Shown: piece by piece, positions 1 through 10,400 of the stretch | Position numbering within the stretch: the stretch's first letter is position 1 | How the letters are laid out: each line of letters begins with the position of its first letter | Assembly: GCA_965215605.1 (NCBI GenBank) | Contig: OZ244070.1 | Span: forward strand, 1,216,001 to 1,280,000 | Direction: 5' to 3' | From: an uncultured Candidatus Binatia bacterium | Lineage (GTDB): Bacteria > Desulfobacterota > Binatia > UBA9968 > JAJDTQ01 | DNA: 64,000 bases | The notes under the pieces: generated by a model | Told to the model about the DNA's origin: nothing | The model's input: the letters and a program-made list of their open reading frames with translations, nothing else | Databases searched by the model: none | Position numbers and translations under genes: made by a program

Positions 1-825
1 ATACTCGGCCGTCCCCAACGGCAGACCGCGGCGTCCCTGGAGGTGCCGCGCCAGGCCGATGTCGAACAGGTAGTACTTGGATGTCGAGATCGCCTTGCGT
101 TTGCGGGTTTCGGTATAGGACGCGACCTCGTGCGCGATGAACGTGTCCTTGAGAATTCCGTAGTACTCTCGCACGGTAGACGCGGGCACCTGGGCATCGC
201 TCGCGATCCGCACGAAGTTGATCATCTGTCCGTGTGACAGGGCCGCCACTTCGAGAAACCGGCTGAATGCGCCGATGTTCCGGACCAAGGCCTCGGCCGC
301 GACTTCCTCCTTGAGGTAGTCTCCCGAATAGGCGGCCAGGTCTTCGGCCGGGGAGTCGGAGAAGTAAATGGACGGCAACAACCCGAATTCGAGCGCTTTG
401 TCCAAACGGAAGCGCTCGCCCAACTCGGCGCTGACGAACGGGTGCAGCACGCGGGAACGCGCCCTGCCGCCGAGCAGATTGACGCCCTTGCGTCGTAGCG
501 TACGCGCGCTCGACCCGGTCAGGAAGAAGCGAATGCCATGCTCTTCAATCATGAGCTGGACCTCGTTCAACAGGGCCGGCATCTTTTGAATCTCGTCGAT
601 GACGATGACCCGCGTCTCGGGTGTGAGCTGCTCTCTGATGAGCGCCGGATTTCTGGAGAGACGGATGAACAGAGCCTGATCGAGCAGGCTGTAGGTACGG
701 ACGTCCGCCAGTTGCTGGCGGATCAAGGTGGATTTTCCCGTCTGCCGCGGGCCAAAGAGGAAACAGGACCTCTGTTTCAAAAGCTCTCGTGCATCGAGAT
801 ACCGTGGGATGATTGGCGAAGACAT
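1..825 (-). CDS. AAA_14 ATPase / DUF4143 family protein (runs off the window at position 1)
   Basis: Not in the ORF track. Manual translation from ATG 825: MSSPIIPRYLDARELLKQRSCFLFGPRQTGKSTL (Walker A)...VIVIDEIQK (Walker B)...FFLTGSSA...LLGGRA...KYYLFDIG; the frame is open to position 1. Confidence 0.88.
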   Translation of the reverse strand, partial: MSSPIIPRYLDARELLKQRSCFLFGPRQTGKSTLIRQQLADVRTYSLLDQALFIRLSRNPALIREQLTPETRVIVIDEIQKMPALLNEVQLMIEEHGIRFFLTGSSARTLRRKGVNLLGGRARSRVLHPFVSAELGERFRLDKALEFGLLPSIYFSDSPAEDLAAYSGDYLKEEVAAEALVRNIGAFSRFLEVAALSHGQMINFVRIASDAQVPASTVREYYGILKDTFIAHEVASYTETRKRKAISTSKYYLFDIGLARHLQGRRGLPLGTAEY

Positions 826-854
826 ATCAACAATCAACGGTGGAGTTGCTGATT

Positions 855-883
855 ATCATGACAAACAACGATAGAGTTGTCAA
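855..883 (-). promoter_or_regulatory. Putative sigma70 promoter of the AAA ATPase gene, overlapped by CAAC-N6-GTTG palindromes
   Basis: Minus strand reads TTGACA-17 nt-CATGAT, 30 bp upstream of the ATG; palindromes at 835-848 and 866-879. Confidence 0.45.
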
Positions 884-1016
884 TTTAGCGCTACCGCGCT
901 CCTGTCCAGCGGTTACGGCTCGGCACATTCGCGCCAAGGACCCATTTCAGCTAGAATATCCTGGCAGTAGTTGAACCTGTTTCCTTAGGCGCTCAACACC
1001 CACCAAGACACCGCCG

Positions 1017-2507
1017 ATGATCCAACCTTCGTACCGCGAGTTCGCGGAGCTCGCCAGACAGGGAAACGTGGTCCCGGTCTACGAGGAGACCCTCATGGAC
1101 CTGGAGACCCCGGTGTCCTTCTACAGCCGCCTCAAGAAGAGCCGCCATTCCTTCCTGCTGGAAAGCGTGGAAGGCAGCGAACGCTGGGCGCGCTATTCGT
1201 TCCTGGGCACCGCGCCGGAGCTGGTCTTCAAGGCCTGGGGCCGCGAGGTCGAGATCACCCGGGGCCGGAAGAAGGAGTCGCGGACCTGCGACGACCCGTT
1301 GGCCGCGTTGACGGAGATTCTCGACGGGTACCGGCCGGCTGCCGCCGTGCCGGATCTCCCTTTCACCGGCGGCGCCCTGGGCTACGTGGCGTACGACGCG
1401 GTGGAGATGCTGCACGACGTTCCCAACCCGGCCGAACGGGCCAGCCGCTTCCCGGACATCTATTTCCTGCTGGTGCGCACGCTGGTGAGCTTCGACAACC
1501 TCAAGCACACCATCACGATCATCGACAACGTCCCTATCGAGAACGGCGCGCGCCTGCGCGCGCTCTACCGCGACGCGGTCTCCCGCATCGAGAACCTGCG
1601 GTCATCCTTGCGGAAGTCGCCCAAGAACCTGGAGGCCCGGAGCCTCACCGGTTCCGGCTCGAGCATCCGTTTCAAGTCCAACGTTTCGCCGCGGAAATTC
1701 CACGCCATGGTTCGCAAGGGCAAGGAATACATCGCCGCGGGCGACATCATCCAGGTGGTGCTGTCCCAGCGGCTGGAGACTCGCACGCGGGTCGAGCCGT
1801 TGGAGATCTACCGCGCGCTGCGCTTCACCAATCCGTCTCCGTACATGTTCTTTCTCGAGCTCGACGACCTGAAGATCATCGGCTCGTCCCCGGAGATTCT
1901 CGTCCGCCTCACCGGGCGGAACATCGAGCTTCGACCCATCGCCGGCACCCGGCCCCGGGGCCGGGACGCACGGGAAGAACGGGACCTGGAGGAGGATCTC
2001 CTGGCCGACCCCAAGGAACGCGCCGAGCACATCATGCTGGTGGATCTCGGGCGCAACGACGTGGGGCGGGTGGCGGAGGTGGGCTCGGTGGAAGTGGACC
2101 AGCTCATGACCGTCGAGCGCTATTCCCACGTCATGCACATCGTCTCCAACATCAAGGCCGAGCTGGCCAGGGGAAAGACCCCGCTGGACCTGTTCGGCTC
2201 ATGCTTCCCCGCGGGGACGGTATCCGGGGCGCCCAAGGTCCGGGCCATGCAGATCATCAGCGAGCTGGAGCCGCAGAGGCGGGGGCTGTACGCCGGCGCG
2301 GTGGGCTACCTGAGCTTCAGCAACAACCTGGACACCTGCATCGCCATCCGCACCATCACCGTCCACGACGGCACCGCGGTCATTCAGGCGGGCGCCGGCA
2401 TCGTGGCGGACTCCGATCCCGCCACGGAGTACGAAGAGACCCTCAACAAGGCCCGCGGCATGCTCAAGGCCATCGAGCTGGCGGAGTCCTGGAGAAAAGA
2501 GCGGTAG
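1017..2507 (+). CDS. trpE: Anthranilate synthase component I
   Basis: FLLESVEG and NPSPYMF (Trp-feedback motifs, favour TrpE over PabB), PIAGTRPRG, EHIMLVDLGRND, PAGTVSGAPK, QAGAGIVADS. Confidence 0.93.
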   Translation: MIQPSYREFAELARQGNVVPVYEETLMDLETPVSFYSRLKKSRHSFLLESVEGSERWARYSFLGTAPELVFKAWGREVEITRGRKKESRTCDDPLAALTEILDGYRPAAAVPDLPFTGGALGYVAYDAVEMLHDVPNPAERASRFPDIYFLLVRTLVSFDNLKHTITIIDNVPIENGARLRALYRDAVSRIENLRSSLRKSPKNLEARSLTGSGSSIRFKSNVSPRKFHAMVRKGKEYIAAGDIIQVVLSQRLETRTRVEPLEIYRALRFTNPSPYMFFLELDDLKIIGSSPEILVRLTGRNIELRPIAGTRPRGRDAREERDLEEDLLADPKERAEHIMLVDLGRNDVGRVAEVGSVEVDQLMTVERYSHVMHIVSNIKAELARGKTPLDLFGSCFPAGTVSGAPKVRAMQIISELEPQRRGLYAGAVGYLSFSNNLDTCIAIRTITVHDGTAVIQAGAGIVADSDPATEYEETLNKARGMLKAIELAESWRKER

Positions 2508-2508
2508 C

Positions 2509-3078
<570 letters not shown>

Positions 3079-3111
3079 ACCGCCCGGCGCCGGCGGTTCT
3101 GAAATCCGCCC

Positions 3112-3345
3112 CTATACCTGCTGGGCCGCGTGGGCCTGGGCGCATTCCTCGCTGCAGAAAAAGTGGCCGTGTGACTGGTAGGCTTCGTTCTTCGGGACGT
3201 AGCTCTTGCAGTGGGGATCGAGCACCATGGATTCGCCCTGGGACGGGTCGGCGGCACTTCCCTTGCCCTTGCGCTTGATGCTCGAGTAGATCAGCACCAG
3301 GAACAGATAGCCCAGCAAGCCCAGTATCAGAAACTTGAGGAACAT
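3112..3345 (-). CDS. Small membrane-anchored PP0621/YHS-TRASH-like protein
   Basis: N-terminal TM, then MVLDPHCKSYVP...HFFCSEEC metal-binding-type motif; last gene of the dapL-folK run. Confidence 0.7.
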   Translation of the reverse strand: MFLKFLILGLLGYLFLVLIYSSIKRKGKGSAADPSQGESMVLDPHCKSYVPKNEAYQSHGHFFCSEECAQAHAAQQV

Positions 3346-3384
3346 GGCAGTGGCACCGTCAATGACACTCACGGTCGACTCGCC

Positions 3385-3882
3385 TCACAGGGAGGCCATT
3401 TCCCGGACCCGGCCGTTGTCTTCCACCTGGTCGAGCATTTCCCGGACGCCGCTACCCAAGAGCGGGTGCTTCAGATCCGGCGCGATCTCGCACAGCGGAG
3501 CCAGCACGAACCGGCGACGGTGAAGCTCCGGGTGCGGAATGACCAACCCGGGTCCTTCCAAGACCATATCATCGAAGAACAGGATGTCCAGATCAATGAC
3601 CCGGTCCGCCCAGCGCACCGGGCTGGGGCGACGGCCCATTTCCCGTTCGACGGCTTGACACTGTTTCAGGAGGGTTCCGGGGTCCAGGCCCGTTTCAACC
3701 GCCGCGACTCCGTTGACGTACCATTCCGTGCTGGCCGCGCCCCACGGTTCGGTGGCGAACCAGGCAGAGACCCGCCGTACCCGGGTCCGCGGCATCCGCC
3801 CGACCTCCCTGACGGCCCGGCGGCAGTTCTCCTCCTTGTTTCCCTGGTTCGAGCCCACCCCGATGTAGGCGCGATGCCGCAC
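3385..3882 (-). CDS. folK: 2-amino-4-hydroxy-6-hydroxymethyldihydropteridine diphosphokinase
   Basis: AYIGVGSNQG, RWADRVIDLDIL, IPHPELHRRRFVLAPL. Confidence 0.95.
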   Translation of the reverse strand: MRHRAYIGVGSNQGNKEENCRRAVREVGRMPRTRVRRVSAWFATEPWGAASTEWYVNGVAAVETGLDPGTLLKQCQAVEREMGRRPSPVRWADRVIDLDILFFDDMVLEGPGLVIPHPELHRRRFVLAPLCEIAPDLKHPLLGSGVREMLDQVEDNGRVREMASL

Positions 3883-3889
3883 GGTCCCG

Positions 3890-5053
3890 CTACAAGCTGA
3901 CCTTCTCCAGCCGCTCCACGGCTTCCTTGAGACGGTCGGCCGGGGAGCACAGCGTCAGCCGGATGAAACCCTCGCCGGGCTCGCCGAAGCCGTTGCCGGG
4001 AGTGGTGACGATGCCGGCCTCGTCGAGGAGCCGGGCGGTGAAGTCCGCGGAGGTCCACCCTCCGGGCACGGGCAGCCAGACGTAGAAGGTGGCCGGGGGC
4101 GCGGGCAGCTCGAAGCCGGCCCGGCGGAGGCCGTCCACCACCGTGTCACGCCTTTCCTGGTACACTTCACGGATAGGCTCCAGAAATTCCTCGGCGTGTT
4201 CCAGGGCGAGGATGGCCGCTTCCTGCACCGGCTGGAAGACCCCCGAGTCGACGTTGGACTTCACCTGCCCCAGGGTTCCCACCAGCTCCGCGCTGCCCAC
4301 CGCCATGCCGATGCGCCAGCCGGTCATGTTGAAGGTCTTGGACAGCGAATGGAACTCGATGGCGACTTCCCTGGCGCCGTCCACCTGCAGGATGCTCGGC
4401 GCCCTGTAGCCGTCGAAGCCGAGCTCCGTGTAGGCGGCGTCGTGGCACAGGATGATGCCGTGCCGGTGAGCGAACTCCACCGCCTCCTTGAAGAAGCTCT
4501 CGTCCGCCACCGCGCCCGTGGGGTTGTTGGGATAGTTGAGCCAGAGCATCTTCGCCCGCTCGAGTACGTCCGCGGGTATGCTGGAGAGGTCGGGCAGGAA
4601 ACCGTTCTCGCGTGTCAAGGGAAGAAAGTGGACGTCGCCGCCGTTGAAGCGAGTCCCGATGGCGTACACCGGATAGGCAGGGGTGGGCACCAGCACCACA
4701 TCGCCGGGGTCCACGTAGGCCACCGCCATGTTGGCCACGCCCTCCTTGGAGCCGATGAGCGAAACCACTTCGGTGGCCGCGTCCAGCGCCACGCCAAAGC
4801 GCCGTCCGTACCAGTCGGCCACCGCCTGGCGGAACGCCATCATGCCGGAACTGCTGGGATAGCGGTGGTTGGCGGGTTTGGCGGCGGTCTCGGCCAGTCT
4901 CTCTATGATCCTTCCGGGCGTGGGAATGTCGGGATCCCCGATGCCCAGATCGATCAGGTCCACGCCCTTGGCCTGCGCCGCCCGTTTCTTCCGGTCGATC
5001 TCCGCGAACAGATACGGCGGCAACTCCTGGATGCGTTGAGCCTTGTTGAACAT
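3890..5053 (-). CDS. dapL: LL-diaminopimelate aminotransferase (class I/II PLP aminotransferase)
   Basis: Probable start MFNKAQRIQELPPYLFAEID; LGIGDPD, LIGSKEG, NYPNNPTG, DAAY, FHSLSKTFNMTGWRIG. Confidence 0.8.
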   Translation of the reverse strand: MFNKAQRIQELPPYLFAEIDRKKRAAQAKGVDLIDLGIGDPDIPTPGRIIERLAETAAKPANHRYPSSSGMMAFRQAVADWYGRRFGVALDAATEVVSLIGSKEGVANMAVAYVDPGDVVLVPTPAYPVYAIGTRFNGGDVHFLPLTRENGFLPDLSSIPADVLERAKMLWLNYPNNPTGAVADESFFKEAVEFAHRHGIILCHDAAYTELGFDGYRAPSILQVDGAREVAIEFHSLSKTFNMTGWRIGMAVGSAELVGTLGQVKSNVDSGVFQPVQEAAILALEHAEEFLEPIREVYQERRDTVVDGLRRAGFELPAPPATFYVWLPVPGGWTSADFTARLLDEAGIVTTPGNGFGEPGEGFIRLTLCSPADRLKEAVERLEKVSL

Positions 5054-5314
5054 TGCTGCTGACTCGCTTTCTACTTTGCGGGGTTGGCGGTTCGGGCCTC
5101 CCGGCGGTTCCTCCGCGTGGGCTCCGAGCCGGGACAGTGTTGGTAGAAGGGAGCTTACAACATTTCCCTGGGGCGAGTGAAATCCCCCGGCTCCCGGGAC
5201 CCCTGGAGGAACCTTCGGTTTGTCCAGGTCCGGCGGCATCCTCCAGTTCGCGCCGGTTGGCGGAAACCGTTATATTTCAGGATTGTACGTCCAACTTTTA
5301 CGGAGAATCCATCC

Positions 5315-5830
5315 ATGCCGTTCCATATCGTGGTCGACGGCTACAATGTCATCGGCAGTGAACAGGGCCTGCGCGGAGACCTGGAGCAGAAGCGGGCCGG
5401 CCTCGTCAAGGAGGTCACGGCATACCAGGAACGCACGGGGCATTCGCTGACCACCGTCTTCGACGGGTGGCGAAACGGCCGGACCGACGAGACATGGCAG
5501 CAGGTGGGGGAGGTGACGGTGGTGTTCTCCCGTCACGGCGAGAAAGCCGATGCGGTGATCGAACGGCTGGCCCGGGAGATCGGCGCCACCTGCATCGTGG
5601 TGACCTCCGACCGGGACCTGCGCCGCAGCGTGGAAAGCAGCGGAGCCGTGGCCGTGTACGTCGGCGAGTTCCTCGCGAAGATGCGGACGGACCCGGCGGG
5701 GCCGGACATCGTCGAGGATGACGACGGTTTCGAGGCTCCCCCGCGCGGCCCGACCAACCGGAAGAAAGGCAACCCGCGGCGACTGTCCAAGGCCGAACGG
5801 GTGCGGCGCGACCGTCTCGACAAGCTCTGA
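5315..5830 (+). CDS. NYN-domain (YacP/Rae1-like) ribonuclease
   Basis: IVVDGYNVI, VFDG, ADAVIE, VVTSDRDL. Confidence 0.85.
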   Translation: MPFHIVVDGYNVIGSEQGLRGDLEQKRAGLVKEVTAYQERTGHSLTTVFDGWRNGRTDETWQQVGEVTVVFSRHGEKADAVIERLAREIGATCIVVTSDRDLRRSVESSGAVAVYVGEFLAKMRTDPAGPDIVEDDDGFEAPPRGPTNRKKGNPRRLSKAERVRRDRLDKL

Positions 5831-5859
5831 CCCCCGGGCTTGCTGGCGGCGTTTGAAGC

Positions 5860-6732
5860 GTGATGTTCCGCAGGGCGATATGGGAGCGGGTGCTGCTCTA
5901 CTCCTTCCCGGTGGTCCTCGTGACGACCTTGAGCTACACCGGTCACCTTGAGAACTACTACCTCTACCACCCTATCCGCGAGATCACCGTCACCCCGGCC
6001 GACTACGGGGTAGCCTTCGAGGACGTAAGCTTCCAGGCCGCCGACGGCGTCCGGCTGCACGGCTGGTACGTGAAGCCTCCCGGTCCCCACCGCCCCGTGC
6101 TGCTCTGGGCGCACGGCAACGCGGGCAACCTCTCGCACCGGGCTCACCACATCGCGGCGATCCACAAGGAATTGCGGGCGGGAGTCTTCCTGTTCGACTA
6201 CAGGGGGTTCGGCCGAAGCGAGGGAGAGCCCTGGGAGTCGGGACTGTACGACGATGCCCGTGGGGCCTACGCGTGGCTCCGCCGGTGGGTTCCGCCGGAG
6301 CGTATATTCGTCTTCGGGCGTTCCCTGGGGGCCGCCGTGGCGATACGCACCGTCTCCGATGGCGCTGCCGCCCGCGGCCTGATCCTTGAATCGCCCTTCG
6401 AGACTCTGCTGGCCATAGGGAAGGAACTGTTCCCGTTCCTCCCGGTGAGTTGGCTCGTTTCCCAGAAGTTCGACAACGCCCGCCACCTTCCCCTGGTGAG
6501 AACGCCCGTGCTCATCCTTCATGGCGACGCCGACGAACTCATCCCCATCGCTCACGGCCGGCGGCTCTTCGCGCTGGCCAATGCGCCGAAGCGCTTTCAC
6601 GTCATTCGGCGATCGGGCCACAACGACACCTGGCTCGCCGGCGGTGCGCGCTATTGGGACGCGTGGCGCTCGTTCCTGGCGGACCCCGAAAAGGAGGCCC
6701 CGAAGTCGGAGGTTCTGCCAGGAGAGCCTTGA
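5860..6732 (+). CDS. Alpha/beta hydrolase (ABHD/BEM46-like) with N-terminal membrane anchor
   Basis: HGNAGNL, DYRGFGRSEG, GRSLG nucleophile elbow, HGDADE, GHND. Confidence 0.88.
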   Translation: MMFRRAIWERVLLYSFPVVLVTTLSYTGHLENYYLYHPIREITVTPADYGVAFEDVSFQAADGVRLHGWYVKPPGPHRPVLLWAHGNAGNLSHRAHHIAAIHKELRAGVFLFDYRGFGRSEGEPWESGLYDDARGAYAWLRRWVPPERIFVFGRSLGAAVAIRTVSDGAAARGLILESPFETLLAIGKELFPFLPVSWLVSQKFDNARHLPLVRTPVLILHGDADELIPIAHGRRLFALANAPKRFHVIRRSGHNDTWLAGGARYWDAWRSFLADPEKEAPKSEVLPGEP

Positions 6733-6807
6733 AGATCGTTCGGCCGGAAGAAGGACCGCGGAGCGTTCTCCCGACCCCGGCGGTCGAGGTGGTGCTCGTA
6801 TCGCCCG

Positions 6808-7338
6808 TCACGGGGAGCTGGCTGGTCCCGGCAGGCTGGACTTGTATAGATCCCTGAGTTGGAGTTGAAGTTCGTCGGTCATCTCGATCCCCAGCTCCTG
6901 GAGTCCCGGCCGCATCTTCTCTCGATAGATTTCCCACCCGAATTTATCATTGATGGCTTTCAGGTCGTCGCCGAGAGCCAAGGCCTTGTCTCGAAGCTCC
7001 CTTACGACAGCATCCCTGGCGTTCGAAGCAGCGTGTCCTGCCCTGAAGCGACCGAGACACAGTTCCTTGTAGCGACGTTCTATCGGGAGTGCATTGGGAT
7101 GCGGAGGCCGGCATTTGTTCTTCGCCATTGCCGTCTTCAACTCTTCCTGCGTGGCCTGGTACTCCTTCCAGAGAGAAGTCTCCTTGGCAACCTCCGCTAT
7201 CTCGAGCCTCGCTGCTTCGGCAGTCTCTCTACCAACTCGCAGGAGTTGGGCTTCCAACTCCATCCGACTCAGGAGCGCTTCATCCGCCGCCGCTATTGTC
7301 GTCCACAACAGTATCACGAGCACAGGCACGTAACCCAC
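6808..7338 (-). CDS. Hypothetical exported protein
   Basis: Signal-peptide-like N-terminus (VLVILLWTTIAAA-DE), helical body with two Cys; no recognised motif. Confidence 0.55.
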   Translation of the reverse strand: MGYVPVLVILLWTTIAAADEALLSRMELEAQLLRVGRETAEAARLEIAEVAKETSLWKEYQATQEELKTAMAKNKCRPPHPNALPIERRYKELCLGRFRAGHAASNARDAVVRELRDKALALGDDLKAINDKFGWEIYREKMRPGLQELGIEMTDELQLQLRDLYKSSLPGPASSP

Positions 7339-7426
7339 AAGTCCCCCTTTGCAAAATAGTTCTGCAGCGCCGCACGCTGCGCGTCACAAGCAGACCGAGG
7401 CCCTTTCACACGGTTTTCACTTGGTT

Positions 7427-10400
7427 TCAGAGGCGGGACGATCCCTGAGCCCACACCCACCAGCGCCCCAGGCAGTCGTTGGCGACGCCGTGAGGCAGGC
7501 TCGCGGCTGCCGGGGTGATCAGCGCGGCGAGCCGCAAATCGTTCTCGGTGAGCACGGGGGCGTCGTCAAGGTGACCGGTTTCGGTGAGATGATGTCGAAG
7601 CTTCTCGACGTTGCTCTTCTCAAAATCCCGCAGGCGCGGGTCGCTGTTGTCGTCGAGCGCGGCCATCAGCCGTCTGGCGTCGTCATCCAGGCCCCGCGCG
7701 ACAGCAGCCACGTCTTCGATAAAGCGTTCGCTCAAGCCGTCGCATTCCTCAAGGGCGACGCGGTCCACGGGCCGGCCCTTCCCCTTCATCCACAACTCGC
7801 AGAAGGTCTCAAGCAGGTCCAGTCTCGCGGTAACGTCCGCCAGCGAGACCGAGCGGGAGCCCAGCCGTTCGGCGAGGGGCGTGTCCACGACCGTCGTCCA
7901 CTGGCCCGCGCGCTCGATTCCGTTCAGGAGAAAGTCGTGCAGCAGGTCCGGGGCGTCCCACAGCAGGTAATAGAAATGCTGCTCCGCATAGCCGAGCTCG
8001 GGGCGGAATGCCGGCACGTCGAGAGCCATTGCGTATTCTTCGGACGACAGGCCGTCAGGGGCCGGAACCGCCGGTCCGAGTTCGACCTTGAGCGCCTGGA
8101 ATCCGCTCACGCTGGCCGTCTGCGTGCGTATCAGGCCCAGGTCGATCCCCGCCGTCAACTCGCAGTCCTCCTTGCGGAGAGCATCCCGGATTCGATCCAC
8201 GTCCATCGGATCGCTGGTGAGATAGAAAATCTGCCGATCCTGTTCTCTTGCCACGCGTCCCAGACTCCGTACCACGGCCTCGAAGCGCCGGGGGTCGCTC
8301 TGGTCCAGCGCTTCGTCGAGAAACAGGGGCATGGTCTTGCCTTGCTCCACTTCCTCCGCAAACGCGATGCGCGCCGCCAGCAGCAACTGGACCCGTGTCC
8401 CGTCCGACAGCTCGTCGATCTCCCGCACTTCTCCGCCGCGCGCCTCGCGGGCAAAGAGCCGCGGAGCGCCATTGTCCTTGCCCAACTCCAACTTGTAGTT
8501 GTGGTGGGTGAACGCGAAGAAATGGGCGCGCGCGCGTTCAAGCACCCGGGGCATCCGGCTATGCTCGTATTCCCTTGTCACCGCGTCCATGAGGAAGTGC
8601 CCCGCCTTGGCGTACAGTGCGTCGTCCCGGAGATCGCGCAGCTTGGCGCGGGCCTCTTCACGGACGGCAATGAGTCCCTGCGTGCCGTTGCCGTTCCTGG
8701 CCGCGTCCGTCCGAGTCGTGATCTCGGCAATCTCGCTCCGCAATTCGCCGGCTCGCGCCTCCACGCGCAACAGGTCGTCCTTGAGCCGCTCAAGGGACAA
8801 TCCGTCGGACTCGGCCAGTCTCTCCGCCCCGGCCTTGGCAAGCTCCGCGTGGTCCAGGCCGATCTGGCCTTCCAGGCTTGTCCGTTCGTTGATCAGGTCC
8901 CTATAGTGCTGCAACGAATGGATCAACGCCACGAGGCCTTTCATGTCGCCTTCGCTCAACGACGCGTCCCCATAGATCCGCGCGATGGATTTGGCGGTGG
9001 CCTCGCGGTCAACGGCGATCTCCTCGATCTTCGCCGTGATGCTCCGCTCGTCGGAGAGCGCCTGCTCCAACCGGGAGCTCCGATCCGCGATGTGGTGGAC
9101 CCGCGCCTTGGCCGTTGCGGCATCCTCCGGCTTCGCCTCGCCATGCTGTTCCAGGATCCCGGTCAGGTTGGACAGGAGGGCGGAATACTTGTGCTCAAGG
9201 CTTTCCATCTGGCCCGCCGCGGCTTCGTCTTCGCTCCGTGCCATACGGAGTTGGTCGAGAGCGCGCGCGAAATCAACCAACTCGGCGTCCGGCGGGATCG
9301 TCTCCAACCCAAGTCTTTCCCCGATTTCCTTCCTGCGGACTTCCAGGGCGGTTTCCTGTTCGGACAGCCCCTCCAGCTCGTTCTCCAGCCGCCGCCGTTG
9401 CAGGCTGTTGTCGCGCGACTGCTCGATGGCGGCCTCCATGTCGGCGGTTACGCGCTCCAGCCGGTTCAGGTGCGCCCGTACCGTGGGAAGATCCCATTCA
9501 GCGGGGGGGTCCAGGCCGAGATCCTCGAACACGGACCGCGCGGTGCTTCTGTCCGCGTCGGAACGACCCCGGTGGCCCAGCATCAAGACGGCCAGAGCGG
9601 CGCCGACGCCCAGCCCTCCAATGAGCCCGGCGATGGATACCAGCGCGATCGACCGTTCCTGTACCCAAACCAGGCCCACTTTCTCGATAAGCAGGGCCAG
9701 CGCGCCGGCGAGAGTCATGACTCCGGCGAACAACAGCCACGGCCACCGGGTGCGGACCCTGGCGGCGACGCTTTCGGGCTCAGGCGCTCGCAGCCACCCG
9801 CGCAAGGCTTCGGCCCCGGCGCGCAACCTTTCGAGGTCTCGCTCGGCTTCCGCGGGCAGCTCGGCGCGCTGAAGCTGACGCAGCCGCTCACGAAGCGTAT
9901 TGGCCTGAATGGCGTACTCCTGGCTCGAACGCAGGAAAGCGAACAACTCGCCGTGCTCGGACAGTGTCAGCGCGGTCCCGCCCACGAGATGGGCCTCATG
10001 GTCACCGACTTCGTGCAAGGCCGCGCCGAGCTTCCTTCGGGTGGCGTTCCGTTCGCTCCTTGCCGCGTCCAACTCCAGCTCGATGCGGCTCAACTCGTCG
10101 GCGTTCTCGCGCCAAGCCGCGAGATCGGAGGGTTCCACCGGGGTGTCCAGGGCGGTCTGCTGTCGCGCCTCGCGCGTCTTGAGCAACTGCTGCTCCAGCG
10201 AGCGCTCCCGTTCCGCCAACGTGTCCGCCTGATGCTGGTACCGCTCGACTTCTTCGACTTCCTTGCCGGTGAGGTTGGCCAGCGCGCCGGGCAGCGCGTG
10301 GATCCGCTCCATGATCCCGGAGAGCTCTTGCCGCCGGGTCGCCAGCCCGATGGCGCGCTCTACCAGCACCAGCCGGCCCGAGGCGGCATCGGCCTCTTCG

